Source: an uncultured Lachnospiraceae bacterium (GTDB taxonomy: Bacteria > Bacillota > Clostridia > Lachnospirales > Lachnospiraceae). Taken from it: a stretch of DNA of 64,000 nt. This document shows positions 28,987-37,509 of the stretch, in pieces. How positions within the stretch are numbered: position 1 is the stretch's first letter; the number at the start of each line of letters is the position of its first letter. The notes under the pieces are model-generated. The model had not been told where the DNA came from and searched no databases. It worked only from the letters and a program-made list of their open reading frames with translations. The DNA lies in the NCBI GenBank assembly GCA_902796425.1, contig CADBPC010000091.1, positions 82 to 64,081 of the forward strand, in the 5' to 3' direction. The translations under genes and the position numbers were made by a program.

Positions 28987-29138
28987 ATGAAATCTGCACT
29001 GTGGATTTCAGTCCTTCCACAATGACTTCTCCTTCCACTACAGGGTCTGTATTTTCTGCGATGCAAAAAGAGCATTAAAAAAGAGCCTGCCGCATCCGAT
29101 TAATGCAACAGACTCTATATCTTTTTCCTGTTTCTGCT

Positions 29139-29333
29139 TCAGCCTTTCAGGCACCACCTGACCGCATTGAGAAAGATCTTTTGATACTCTTTGTTCTGCC
29201 ATACGCTGAGTATGTGTCCCGGGACCAGCATGCACAGCCTGCCCTTGCCGATTAATCTTGTGTAGCCGCAGACCTTGTATACCTTTATTTCGCAGCGCGG
29301 CGGATGCTTTACAAACTCATTTTCATCTCCCTC
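29139..29333 (-). pseudogene. Possible ThuA-like (trehalose-utilisation) gene remnant, C-terminal ~60 codons only
   Basis: Open frame without a start: EGDENEFVKHPPRCEIKVYKVCGYTRLIGKGRLCMLVPGHILSVWQNKEYQKIFLNAVRWCLKG* (stop 29139-29141). GKGR...GH...W.N..y...l.Na..W resembles ThuA C-termini from memory. Not in the ORF track. Confidence 0.35.
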
Positions 29334-29368
29334 TTACCGCCGTCCGGGTATGTCCGGGTCCTGCCGGT

Positions 29369-30274
29369 TTACAGATTCCAGAGCACAGACGAGTCAATAT
29401 CCTCAACCCTGGCAAAGCCGGTAAAGCCCATGGTAAATGCCAGCTCCTGCCGCATTTTCTCTACGTAATCCATGACTCCCTGTACGCCGCGCTCTTCCAG
29501 GTCGGGCATGATAACTCTCCCCACGCTGGCCGCATGCGCGCCGAGAGCGATGCACTTGAAGACATCCGAGCCCAGGGCAATTCCTCCGTCAACAAATATG
29601 GTCATCCTCGAATCTTCGCCGAGCGCCTCCACGATCCGGGGAAGCACCTTAAGTGCAGGGACTGCATACGGAAGCCGTCCGCTGTGCTGGCTGACCACAA
29701 TTCCGGACACTCCCAGCTCCTGCGCGCATACCGCGTCATGGACACTCAGAATCCCTTTCAGGATAAAGGGCAGGCCGGCCGCCTGTATATAGCGTTCCAG
29801 GTCTTCAACTGTCTGGGCAGTCATTCCTTCGCCGAATACATTGTCATATCTTCCGTCTTTCCCAAAGGTATGATCGATATCGATACCCACTGCAACCGCG
29901 CCGGCTTCCTTTGCATAAAGGATCTGATCCATGATCTTTTCTTTATCGGCATACGGCTTGATTATCCGGACAGTGTCCGCTCCCACGGCGGCAATTTCCC
30001 CGAATTTCTCATTTTCCACCATGCCGACCCAGTTCAGGATGCCGCTCTTTGCAGCAGCCTCGGCATATTCGATCATACCGCTCTTTCTGCCCTCACCGAA
30101 GACCTTGAGGTGGGAAAATGCCGGCATCATGACAGGGCTCGTGTACTTCCTGCCGAAAATCTCGCATGAAGTATCCGGCTCCACAGCACCGATCAGCCTC
30201 TCTTCGAAGAGAATCGAATTTATGTATTCGCGGTTAATGACATTGCTGTCTGAGCGATAGATGTTCTGTTCCAT
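29369..30274 (-). CDS. FMN-dependent alpha-hydroxy-acid oxidising enzyme (lactate oxidase/glycolate oxidase family)
   Basis: ORF 29369-30358 trimmed to ATG 30274 (GGAGAA upstream). VVSQHSGRLPYAVPAL and IFVDGGIALGSDVFKCIALGA match the SNHGGRQ / DGGIRxGxDVxKAxALGA blocks. Confidence 0.8.
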   Translation of the reverse strand: MEQNIYRSDSNVINREYINSILFEERLIGAVEPDTSCEIFGRKYTSPVMMPAFSHLKVFGEGRKSGMIEYAEAAAKSGILNWVGMVENEKFGEIAAVGADTVRIIKPYADKEKIMDQILYAKEAGAVAVGIDIDHTFGKDGRYDNVFGEGMTAQTVEDLERYIQAAGLPFILKGILSVHDAVCAQELGVSGIVVSQHSGRLPYAVPALKVLPRIVEALGEDSRMTIFVDGGIALGSDVFKCIALGAHAASVGRVIMPDLEERGVQGVMDYVEKMRQELAFTMGFTGFARVEDIDSSVLWNL

Positions 30275-30323
30275 ATCCTGTTCTCCGATGATAATACAAA
30301 AGGCTCTGCGTCCTGTCCCGGCT

Positions 30324-30980
30324 TTACGACGAGGATGAGGAGTTTGCAGCTGCCGCATTTCTTCTGTCCTTGAGCATATGCTGAAGGGTTATTACGATTG
30401 CGACGATGATTGCCTCATGCTGCGGCTGATAGATGTCGATGGAAAATATGTCTTTTACAGAAAGCGCTTTCTGGCCTACAACTGCAATCGGCCGGCCTGC
30501 CCCGTCTGTCAGGACAAAATTAAGCGCCATGATATTGCCTTCCAGCTTCCAGCCGAGCTCCTCGATATTTGTAACGTCCCTGATAAGGTGCATCAGCTCG
30601 TTGGAGATCTGGAACTTCACGCCGTCCGCCATCTCCACGAAATGGCGCTCATGTACGGAAACGGCTTTGGACCAGATATAGGCAACCTCCTTACCGTCCG
30701 CTGTCTCCAGCCAGGTTTTGTCATGCAGCGAAATCACCCTGGAATGTGCCTTATACACCGGCTTGTCATTCTCGTCCGCAACTGTGATGATGTTATGCGG
30801 GGAAAATAACTTGGCTTCCGAATACAGGGACAGCGCAGGAGCTCCGTAATTATCGAGATTCCGGCTGTCGGCTCCCTGGCCGGACTTATGGTATCGCTGG
30901 TGTTTGCGGCGCACCCCGACTATTACAGCCACGATAATAATAAATACCGCAAATACAATCAAAAACCCCGGGTCACCCAT
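30324..30980 (-). CDS. LURP-one-related (tubby C-terminal-like, DUF567) protein with N-terminal TM anchor
   Basis: ORF 30324-31013 (TTG) trimmed to ATG 30980 (GGAAGGAAG upstream). TM FLIVFAVFIIIVAVIVGV. The body (...WKLEGNIMALNFVLTDGAGRPIAVVGQKALSVKDIFSIDIY...) fits the LURP-one pattern from memory. Confidence 0.6.
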   Translation of the reverse strand: MGDPGFLIVFAVFIIIVAVIVGVRRKHQRYHKSGQGADSRNLDNYGAPALSLYSEAKLFSPHNIITVADENDKPVYKAHSRVISLHDKTWLETADGKEVAYIWSKAVSVHERHFVEMADGVKFQISNELMHLIRDVTNIEELGWKLEGNIMALNFVLTDGAGRPIAVVGQKALSVKDIFSIDIYQPQHEAIIVAIVITLQHMLKDRRNAAAANSSSSS

Positions 30981-31024
30981 ATCAATCCACTTCCTTCCTG
31001 ATCCAGCTGTCAATGTTAACTGTA

Positions 31025-31276
31025 TTATATTTTCGGTGCAGCATGAACCGGCTGGTCCTTGTGCGTATAGCCCTTCAGAGCTGTCTCCAGTTCGGCGATC
31101 TGTGCCCTGTAGATTTCTTTTACCTTTTCGGGCATCTTGTCCGCCCGCTCTTCAAAGCATTTTTTCAGTCTCCTGAAATCATCCTGGGCAGCATCCTTGT
31201 AGTTGTTGCTCATATCCATCCGGAGGGTAGTTATAATCTTCTCCATCTCAGGATCTGTCTTTTTACGAAAGAACAT
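31025..31276 (-). CDS. Small helical hypothetical protein
   Basis: 83-aa ORF in an operon position (14-nt overlap with the upstream GNAT gene). Charged helical sequence MSNNYKDAAQDDFRRLKKCFEE...; similar small proteins recalled in Clostridia, unverified. Confidence 0.5.
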   Translation of the reverse strand: MFFRKKTDPEMEKIITTLRMDMSNNYKDAAQDDFRRLKKCFEERADKMPEKVKEIYRAQIAELETALKGYTHKDQPVHAAPKI

Positions 31277-31913
31277 GTCCCTCCTCCCCGGTCTGCCGGC
31301 CGGCCTGAACCGCCCGGCCGCCGTCCGTCAAATCATGAATCTGAAGCATCGTCTTAAATTTATCCGCCGGCAGGATGGCCCTGTAAAGTTCAGTGTACAG
31401 GGTGTGAGCTTCCTCACTCGTATGAATCCGCCCGCCGACCGGCTGTTCCATCACCCGGTACTCAACGTTATAGAGTCTGCAGGTCACTCCCGTATCGGCG
31501 ATATCGTTTCTTTCGTAGAAGGCAATCCGCCTCTCCTGCATGGCGCGTTCTTTATCCGTCTGCGCATAATCCGGGTTTTCAACCTCTCCCAGAATGCATT
31601 CCGGCTCCGGGAGGATCTCCGGCAGCTGATGAAGGAGAATACTGCCGATGCCTGTTCCCCTCAGGTCTTCCCTGACGCCGAGGTAATCAAACAGGTATCT
31701 TCGCCCCTGCGGCACTCTTGCATATGCGAGATAGGCATATCCGAGGATTTCATCTTCCTCCAGGATGCCATAACTGATATATTCATTCCGGGCAATGGCG
31801 TCCTCGATCATCTTCAGGGGCTTTAACTCATCCGCGGGAAAGTCCCTTGTCATCCGGCTGTTGTAGATCGCACGGATTTCATCCAATTTCAGTTCTCTTA
31901 TCTGATACATCAC
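31263..31913 (-). CDS. GNAT family N-acetyltransferase
   Basis: 216 aa. Acetyl-CoA motif-A-like VREDLRGTGIGSILLHQL. Confidence 0.8.
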   Translation of the reverse strand: MMYQIRELKLDEIRAIYNSRMTRDFPADELKPLKMIEDAIARNEYISYGILEEDEILGYAYLAYARVPQGRRYLFDYLGVREDLRGTGIGSILLHQLPEILPEPECILGEVENPDYAQTDKERAMQERRIAFYERNDIADTGVTCRLYNVEYRVMEQPVGGRIHTSEEAHTLYTELYRAILPADKFKTMLQIHDLTDGGRAVQAGRQTGEEGHVLS

Positions 31914-31938
31914 TCAATACAAATCCAATATCGGTCAC

Positions 31939-32418
31939 TCACAGTTCATGATAATAAGGACAGATGTTTTCATAATGTCCGTCCTTCATCCGGAAGCCCT
32001 TCGGTATGGTTCCGAGCTGTTTGAATCCGAGTCTCTCATACAGATGCCTTGCGTGGATATTGGTTTCCACCACTGCATTGAACTGGAGCACTCCGAAGCC
32101 GAGGCGCTTTGCGTTCTCAAGGCAGTCCTTTACCAGAAGCTCGCCGATATGTTTTCCTCTTTCCACACTGCTGACGGCATAGCTGGCGTTGCAGATATGT
32201 CCGCACCTTCCTACGTTGTTGGGATGCAGGATATACAGACCGAAGATCCTGCCGTCTTCCTCCGCGACGGCGCAGTAGCTCTGGGAGGCAAAAAACTCCC
32301 TCCCGCTCTTTTCATCCAGCAGGTCTTCCTGCGGGAAGGCTATTCCTTCCTCCACGATTTCATTCCAGATCCCGGTCATTGCCGCAAGATCCTCTTCCCT
32401 GTACTCTCTTACTGTCAC
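31939..32418 (-). CDS. GNAT family N-acetyltransferase (phosphinothricin acetyltransferase-like)
   Basis: 159 aa. VSSVERGKHIGELLVKDCLENAKRLGF...LQFNAVVETNIHARHLYERLGF is typical of GNAT motifs A and B. Confidence 0.85.
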   Translation of the reverse strand: MTVREYREEDLAAMTGIWNEIVEEGIAFPQEDLLDEKSGREFFASQSYCAVAEEDGRIFGLYILHPNNVGRCGHICNASYAVSSVERGKHIGELLVKDCLENAKRLGFGVLQFNAVVETNIHARHLYERLGFKQLGTIPKGFRMKDGHYENICPYYHEL

Positions 32419-32455
32419 ACCTTTTCCTCACTCTGCCAAAAGCGCCTGATTACTG

Positions 32456-32704
32456 TCAGAACAATTCCCGCAGCACCAGGACCGTGATTCCCGGATTGTC
32501 TCCGGGAATGATTCTTATGATCTTCGGATGCCAGCGATATTCTTCCTGAATCATTGAACGCAGATTTGTCCCGCGGTGGTATCCGTGGATCAGCTGCAGC
32601 TGGTACGTGGAAGGTCCCGCGGTCGCTATCGCTCTGTCTATCATCTTCACGGCTTCTTCCTTTGTAAGGCCGTGAAGGTCAACTTTTACAAAAGGCTCGT
32701 TCAT
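32456..32704 (-). CDS. Stand-alone Smr (MutS2 C-terminal-like) domain protein
   Basis: 82 aa. VDLHGLTKEEAV and LQLIHGYHRGTNLR match the Smr DLHG / IHGxG blocks. ATGA-type 4-nt overlap with the HD gene. Confidence 0.75.
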   Translation of the reverse strand: MNEPFVKVDLHGLTKEEAVKMIDRAIATAGPSTYQLQLIHGYHRGTNLRSMIQEEYRWHPKIIRIIPGDNPGITVLVLRELF

Positions 32705-33189
32705 ATTCCGTACAGCGCATGCAGAAGGTTCTTTCCGGCCGCAGTCTTAAAGTCCATTTCTCCAAAGTTCCGGATGTTATCCTTCGAATAGCCGCCTTCA
32801 TCGGCGTTAACAAGGTAGTCCGCCTCGATGAGGATCTGATAGTCCGCTCCGTCAATCGAGTGCAGCGTATGATGATGTCCCACAAGGTATACCACACGGT
32901 CGATTTCTCCCTGTGTCATCCCTGTATCAGCAAGGAATTCGCGGGCAATGATCATGCCCTCCATCTCCTGGTATTTTCCCTCCGTACTGCCGTATTTCTC
33001 CCTGCACAGAGGACAGGCGATGTCATGAACGATCGCTGCCGTTTCCAGGATAAACTGTGTTTGATCATCCAGCTGCTCTAATACGCCGATCGTATGAGCA
33101 AAGGAATGCACCTTCATGAAGTGGTTGATATCCCTGTGGTTCTGATCAGAAAAAGCGATCATTCTGACCATGATTTCACTTATATTCAT
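32701..33189 (-). CDS. HD domain phosphohydrolase
   Basis: 162 aa. HFMKVHSF...AAIVHDIA...VGHHH: H...HD...H metal-ligand pattern. Confidence 0.8.
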   Translation of the reverse strand: MNISEIMVRMIAFSDQNHRDINHFMKVHSFAHTIGVLEQLDDQTQFILETAAIVHDIACPLCREKYGSTEGKYQEMEGMIIAREFLADTGMTQGEIDRVVYLVGHHHTLHSIDGADYQILIEADYLVNADEGGYSKDNIRNFGEMDFKTAAGKNLLHALYGI

Positions 33190-33620
33190 CAGTCCGATAT
33201 CCTCTTCAGGCGGCTGAGCAGCATTCCCTTAAGATTCTCATACCGCTCTTTCTTTTCCTGTTTGGCGAAATGAACTTCCCTGAACTGCTCCGGACAATTG
33301 TCGTAGTCCAGCTTCTGATCTCCGAACTGCTCGCTGGTAAGGTCGAATACCCGGCCGCATATCTCGTTGAAACAGTGCCAGCTCCCGTCCGCAAGCGGGA
33401 CTCCGTAAACCTTTCCGCCGTACAGATCCTGTATAAGGAAAGCGGTTATGGAGCACTGGCCGAGCGTCCGGTTATCACTCCTCCAGTCCTTTCTCATGCG
33501 GGGCGCACAGGTATCGGCGCACCAGAGGTCACTGAGAATGTCGTAGTAGTCCCGCGGCGTAAGACCATTCTGATCTTTAATATCCGCGCTCTCCCAGCCG
33601 TAAAACCTGTATCCGCTCAT
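33189..33620 (-). CDS. YunG-like hypothetical protein
   Basis: 143 aa. W...NRTLGQCSITAFLIQDLYGGKVY...HCFNEICGRVFDLTSEQF resembles B. subtilis YunG-family proteins from memory (unverified). Overlaps its neighbours by 1 and 4 nt. Confidence 0.5.
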   Translation of the reverse strand: MSGYRFYGWESADIKDQNGLTPRDYYDILSDLWCADTCAPRMRKDWRSDNRTLGQCSITAFLIQDLYGGKVYGVPLADGSWHCFNEICGRVFDLTSEQFGDQKLDYDNCPEQFREVHFAKQEKKERYENLKGMLLSRLKRISD

Positions 33621-33994
33621 TTTCCTTCCGCCTTCGCGTCCGCACTCTTGCCGGCTTCCGACGCATTTGCACCTTCGGCGGCATTCCCGCCTTCCACAGC
33701 ACTCTTTACATCCGCGGCGTTCCCGTTCCCGGAAATGGCCGCCTCAGCCGCAGCAAACTTCTCGTTTACCTTCTTCCTGGCAATGCCGATTCCGGCAATG
33801 ACCACCGCTGTAACTATACCGCTTGTGATAATGCCGCTGTACCATGCGCCTCCCCGGGAAGCATAGTATTCGGGATCGCGCAGGAATGCGCGCACGGTCG
33901 ACCATGCGCTCCCCGCAAAGACGCCCATAACGGAGCCGATCGCAACGTTCAGGTAATTGTTGATTCTGTCAGCTATCAGCTTTTTAGCATCCAT
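33617..33994 (-). CDS. Small membrane protein, Ala/Gly/Asn-rich tail
   Basis: 125 aa, two predicted TM helices (AIGSVMGVFAGSAW; IITSGIVTAVVIAGIGIA). First gene of the tightly overlapped run. Confidence 0.5.
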   Translation of the reverse strand: MDAKKLIADRINNYLNVAIGSVMGVFAGSAWSTVRAFLRDPEYYASRGGAWYSGIITSGIVTAVVIAGIGIARKKVNEKFAAAEAAISGNGNAADVKSAVEGGNAAEGANASEAGKSADAKAEGK

Positions 33995-34094
33995 GATGAA
34001 TTGTCACCTCTATAAAACGAATTTTTTAATATCATCAACATCTTAGCAGACGCCAAAGACGCCTTCAATTGTAAAACGAGATGCAGCCCCTGTC

Positions 34095-34149
34095 ATTTAT
34101 CGTGAAACGATAAATTATTATTGACAATCGAGAATACCCTGACTAAGAT
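34095..34149 (+). promoter_or_regulatory. Sigma-A-type promoter with adjacent operator-like palindrome for the DUF2975/HTH/DUF4173 operon
   Basis: TTGACA (34121-34126), 17-nt spacer, TAAGAT (34144-34149). Perfect inverted repeat ATTTATCG-N5-CGATAAAT (34095-34115) abuts the -35. ATG at 34231 gives a ~75-nt leader. Confidence 0.5.
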
Positions 34150-34230
34150 GTAAGCACAGGGCTGAGTTGACGCCGAGTCGATAACGCCGCCCTGAAAAAG
34201 GGGCCGAAATGCCCCGCAAAAGGAGTAATC

Positions 34231-34716
34231 ATGATGGAGAATCGTCTTAATATTGCAGTAAAAAGGCTGCTGGATATCACATTTTTCGCAGGCATCGCTG
34301 TATGGGCGGCAATGCCTGTACTGCTGAAATACCTGCTGGGATTGTACGGGAGAATTGCCTGGAGCAGGCCGGATTCGGACTCTGCTGCCGCTGCGGCAGC
34401 CTATTATCCGGTCCTGATATCCATAATGCCCGCCGGTCTTCTGGCGCTCCTGATCCTGCGCGAGCTCCGGAAGATGATGGCAACCGTCCTGGCAGGCGAC
34501 TGCTTTGTCGAGGCGAATGTGAAGAGCCTTAAGAACATGGGCACCTTTGCCTTTATCATCTCTGCCGTCCTGATCGTGCGGATCTTCTTTTTCTTTACGC
34601 TGACAGCCCTCACCGTAGCGGCGGTGTTCCTTTTCGCCGGACTTTTCAGTAAGGTCCTCGCTGCAGTCTTCGAGAAGGCCGTCGCCTATAAGCTTGAAAA
34701 CGATCTTACGATCTGA
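34231..34716 (+). CDS. DUF2975 domain-containing membrane protein
   Basis: 161 aa, 4 TM. C-terminal ...FEKAVAYKLENDLTI is the characteristic DUF2975 ending. SD AAGGAG. Paired with a YozG-type HTH gene, as is usual for this family. Confidence 0.75.
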   Translation: MMENRLNIAVKRLLDITFFAGIAVWAAMPVLLKYLLGLYGRIAWSRPDSDSAAAAAAYYPVLISIMPAGLLALLILRELRKMMATVLAGDCFVEANVKSLKNMGTFAFIISAVLIVRIFFFFTLTALTVAAVFLFAGLFSKVLAAVFEKAVAYKLENDLTI

Positions 34717-34728
34717 AAGGGGGACGGC

Positions 34729-34932
34729 ATGATACTGATCAATCTTGATGTCATGATGGCAAAACGCAAAATCGGGCTTGTCGAACTCTCGAAGATCATC
34801 GGGATTACCCCCGCGAATCTCTCCATCCTGAAAACAGGGAAAGCCCGGGCAGTCCGGCTCGAGACACTCGATGCCATCTGCCGTGCGCTGGACTGTCAGC
34901 CGGGGGACATATTGGAATACATTCCTGAATAG
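34729..34932 (+). CDS. YozG-type (Cro/C1, XRE) helix-turn-helix transcriptional regulator
   Basis: 67 aa. MILINLDVMMAKRKIGLVELSKIIGITPANLSILKTGKARAVRLETLDAICRALDCQPGDILEY matches the YozG family pattern almost end to end. Confidence 0.85.
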   Translation: MILINLDVMMAKRKIGLVELSKIIGITPANLSILKTGKARAVRLETLDAICRALDCQPGDILEYIPE

Positions 34933-34942
34933 GGAGGAAAAT

Positions 34943-36481
34943 ATGACTGAAAACGTATTACAGGAAGATAAATCTTTAATCGAAAAAAAGAAAGGCGCTG
35001 AGGCCTTCGGGAAGCTGGCGCTCCCGGCGCTCGCCTTTTCCGTGCTTTGGATTGCATGCCTGTACAGGAACCCTGCCGGCATTCTGTACCCTGTGTTCAT
35101 GGCGGGTACCCTGTGGCTTTTAAGGTATACTGCGGCAAAGACGGGTCATTCGCCGGAAGATGCCCGCAGCAGAAGGATCAGGGCTTTCTATGAAGTCAGC
35201 ATGCTGCTGATCTCTGTGCAGATGTGCACGACAGCCTCCGGCGTACTGCATGACCTCGATTTCCTGGCCTGTGTTCTCCTGGGAATCAGTTACGTCAACC
35301 GTATCTGGCAGACGGCTGAAAACAAAAGTCTTGCCGGGCGCCTCGGCGAGATCGCCCTCACCTTTGTTTACCCTCTGATCAGGCTCCCCGAGCCGGTCAT
35401 GGACGCCCTCTCCTTCCGGCAGGAAAAAGGCAGGGACAAAAACGAAAACTCCTCTTCACAGGCAGTTGTAAGAGGACTCCTTATCGCCGCGCCGTTTCTG
35501 TTTGTCGTCATCCTGCTTCTTCGAAGCGCGGATCTTGTCTTCGGGAGACTGATCGATGGCATGCTGGATATCTTTTCACTGCCGGACTATTCCGAGTATA
35601 TCATTGAGATCGTGCTGCAGACGATATTTACCTTTGTGTCCTTCTATACAATCTGCAAGGCACTGTCCGAGAAGGAGGCGGTGAGCGAAAAGGAGCATGT
35701 GCCGGGCGGAAATCCTGTCACAGGTATAACCGTGCTGACTCTTGTCGCAGCCGTGTACCTGATCTTCTGCGCAATCCAGCTGATCTACCTTTTCGGGCAC
35801 GCCGAGCTCCCGGAGGGCGTTTCCTACGCACAGTACGCGCATGAAGGTTTTTACCAGCTGGTCTTTGTCTGCATCCTGAATCTGTCCCTGGTGAGCGTCA
35901 CAAGATATGTCTTTAAGGATAACCGGATTCTGCGGCTCCTTCTTGTCATTATCTGCTGCTGCACCTATGTGATGATCGCCTCCTGCGCGACGCGGATGAT
36001 CCTGTATGTAAATGTCTACCGGCTTACGTTCCTTCGCCTGTTTGTGCTCTGGTTCCTTGTTGTGCTGGCCCTGGTCCTGACCTGGCTCCTTATTGAAGCA
36101 GCGGGGAGAAAATTCCCGGTTTTCACCGCGAGCGCCGTCACTGTCACCGTGCTGTATCTTATCTTCGGCTTCTCACATCCCGATTACTGGATCGCACGCT
36201 ACAATATGTCTCCCGCCCGCAGCGCATCCGCCGTTGAATACCGGGAAGAGACCGGGAGCGGTCCTGACCGCTATGACCGGTACCTTGACAAAGTATATCT
36301 TGCGACGAATCTTTCGGATGATGCTGTTCCCGCAATTGCCAAAGACCCGGAACTGATGCAGATGCGAATAGAACATCAGAACCAGTCTGATATTCCACAG
36401 GATAAAAACATGCTCCAGAAAGTGCGCACCTTCAATTTCTCGGAATATGCGGCACAGAAGTATTATGATCAGTACAGGTAA
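34943..36481 (+). CDS. Large polytopic membrane protein (DUF4173/DUF4153-like)
   Basis: ORF 34871-36481 trimmed to ATG 34943 (GGGAGGA upstream). More than 10 hydrophobic helices; family name is from memory of neighbours of DUF2975/YozG pairs, unverified. Confidence 0.6.
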   Translation: MTENVLQEDKSLIEKKKGAEAFGKLALPALAFSVLWIACLYRNPAGILYPVFMAGTLWLLRYTAAKTGHSPEDARSRRIRAFYEVSMLLISVQMCTTASGVLHDLDFLACVLLGISYVNRIWQTAENKSLAGRLGEIALTFVYPLIRLPEPVMDALSFRQEKGRDKNENSSSQAVVRGLLIAAPFLFVVILLLRSADLVFGRLIDGMLDIFSLPDYSEYIIEIVLQTIFTFVSFYTICKALSEKEAVSEKEHVPGGNPVTGITVLTLVAAVYLIFCAIQLIYLFGHAELPEGVSYAQYAHEGFYQLVFVCILNLSLVSVTRYVFKDNRILRLLLVIICCCTYVMIASCATRMILYVNVYRLTFLRLFVLWFLVVLALVLTWLLIEAAGRKFPVFTASAVTVTVLYLIFGFSHPDYWIARYNMSPARSASAVEYREETGSGPDRYDRYLDKVYLATNLSDDAVPAIAKDPELMQMRIEHQNQSDIPQDKNMLQKVRTFNFSEYAAQKYYDQYR

Positions 36482-36615
36482 TCCAGTCCTTCGGGCAATA
36501 TGAGTTCCTTTAAAGATGTGCAGTCCGTAAACGAATTGCTCCCAATGCTCTTTAATTCTTTTGGCCAGACGATTTTTTCGAGATCTCTGTAAAGCTGAAA
36601 TGCCCGGCCGCTGTA

Positions 36616-37479
36616 TTATTCTCCATGCTGCTCCATCCAGTAGTCATATGCTTCATCCCAGCCGTCGTCGAAATCCTCGCCAAATTCCTCCGCCCAGTCA
36701 TCGGCAAAATCATCGGCATTGTCATAATCTTCGGAGCCGTAGAAATCAGATGACCCGGAACCTTTGCCGCTGTACCAGTAGACCGGGGCCTGATTTCTTT
36801 TTTTCCGCTCTTTTTCTGCCTCCTTCTTTGCCTCCTCCCGCGCTGTCTTTTCTTTGTACTCCTCCAGTTCCCTCCTGCTGACGCCGAATGCCTCAGGGTA
36901 ATCCGCGCCGGTGTATTCGGTATCTCCTGCATAGAAGATATGCTCCGCAGCGGAGTTTGCATACCGATATAAGTGATATTCCTTATCCGGTGACCGGAGG
37001 TCCAGGCCGTCGGCATACAGTCTTGGAATGTAGTCCTCTACATAGATCGTTTTTCCATTATATTTGGCTGATCCATAGCCACCAAAAAGCTCTGAATGTT
37101 TCAGGGCATCACGCCTTTTGTCATAATACGATTTCGCTGCATCCGCCCATTCTATTGCAAGCCGTATCTGTTCCTTGGCTGGCAATAAATCATAGTCCGG
37201 ATTTACATAGATCAGTAAATCCGTAATCTCATTCCTGAGTTTTTTTCCTCCGGAATAGTACAGTATTTCCACGCCGGTAATGTAATAATCCTGCGACATG
37301 CATTCGGACAGATCTGGGGAGATCGTCTTTCTGAAATCAGTCAGGGCCGACATAACCTTCTGGTCATGCGCGGTTCTTTTCCCCCACACAATCATCAAAA
37401 GAACTGCAATAAAGATGATGCCCGCTGCCGGAAGATATTTTTTTATACCGGATGAGTTTTTCATTTTGAAGTCAGACAT
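36616..37479 (-). CDS. Membrane-anchored hypothetical protein with strongly acidic C-terminus
   Basis: 287 aa. N-terminal anchor YLPAAGIIFIAVLLMIVW; Lys/Glu-rich helix REEAKKEAEKERKKR; tail DDFADDWAEEFGEDFDDGWDEAYDYWMEQHGE. No family recognised. Confidence 0.55.
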   Translation of the reverse strand: MSDFKMKNSSGIKKYLPAAGIIFIAVLLMIVWGKRTAHDQKVMSALTDFRKTISPDLSECMSQDYYITGVEILYYSGGKKLRNEITDLLIYVNPDYDLLPAKEQIRLAIEWADAAKSYYDKRRDALKHSELFGGYGSAKYNGKTIYVEDYIPRLYADGLDLRSPDKEYHLYRYANSAAEHIFYAGDTEYTGADYPEAFGVSRRELEEYKEKTAREEAKKEAEKERKKRNQAPVYWYSGKGSGSSDFYGSEDYDNADDFADDWAEEFGEDFDDGWDEAYDYWMEQHGE

Positions 37480-37509
37480 AGATACAATTGCTGGTATCCA
37501 GCATATACC

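Noticed and set aside
29038-29235. 65-aa minus-strand ORF in the gap upstream of the Mor-like operon.
   Set aside because: No SD and no recognisable family. A different frame of the same region carries the ThuA-like remnant.
33995-34230. The 236-nt spacer and ~75-nt leader upstream of the DUF2975 gene as a riboswitch.
   Set aside because: I could not match it to any riboswitch class I know; only short generic GC stems are present. It is left as a leader with a promoter and operator call.
34093-35100. 335-aa minus-strand ORF spanning three plus-strand genes.
   Set aside because: It overlaps the DUF2975 gene, the YozG-type HTH gene and the start of the large membrane protein gene, all of which have recognisable family patterns, SDs and a good promoter. 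Its own product has no recognisable features.
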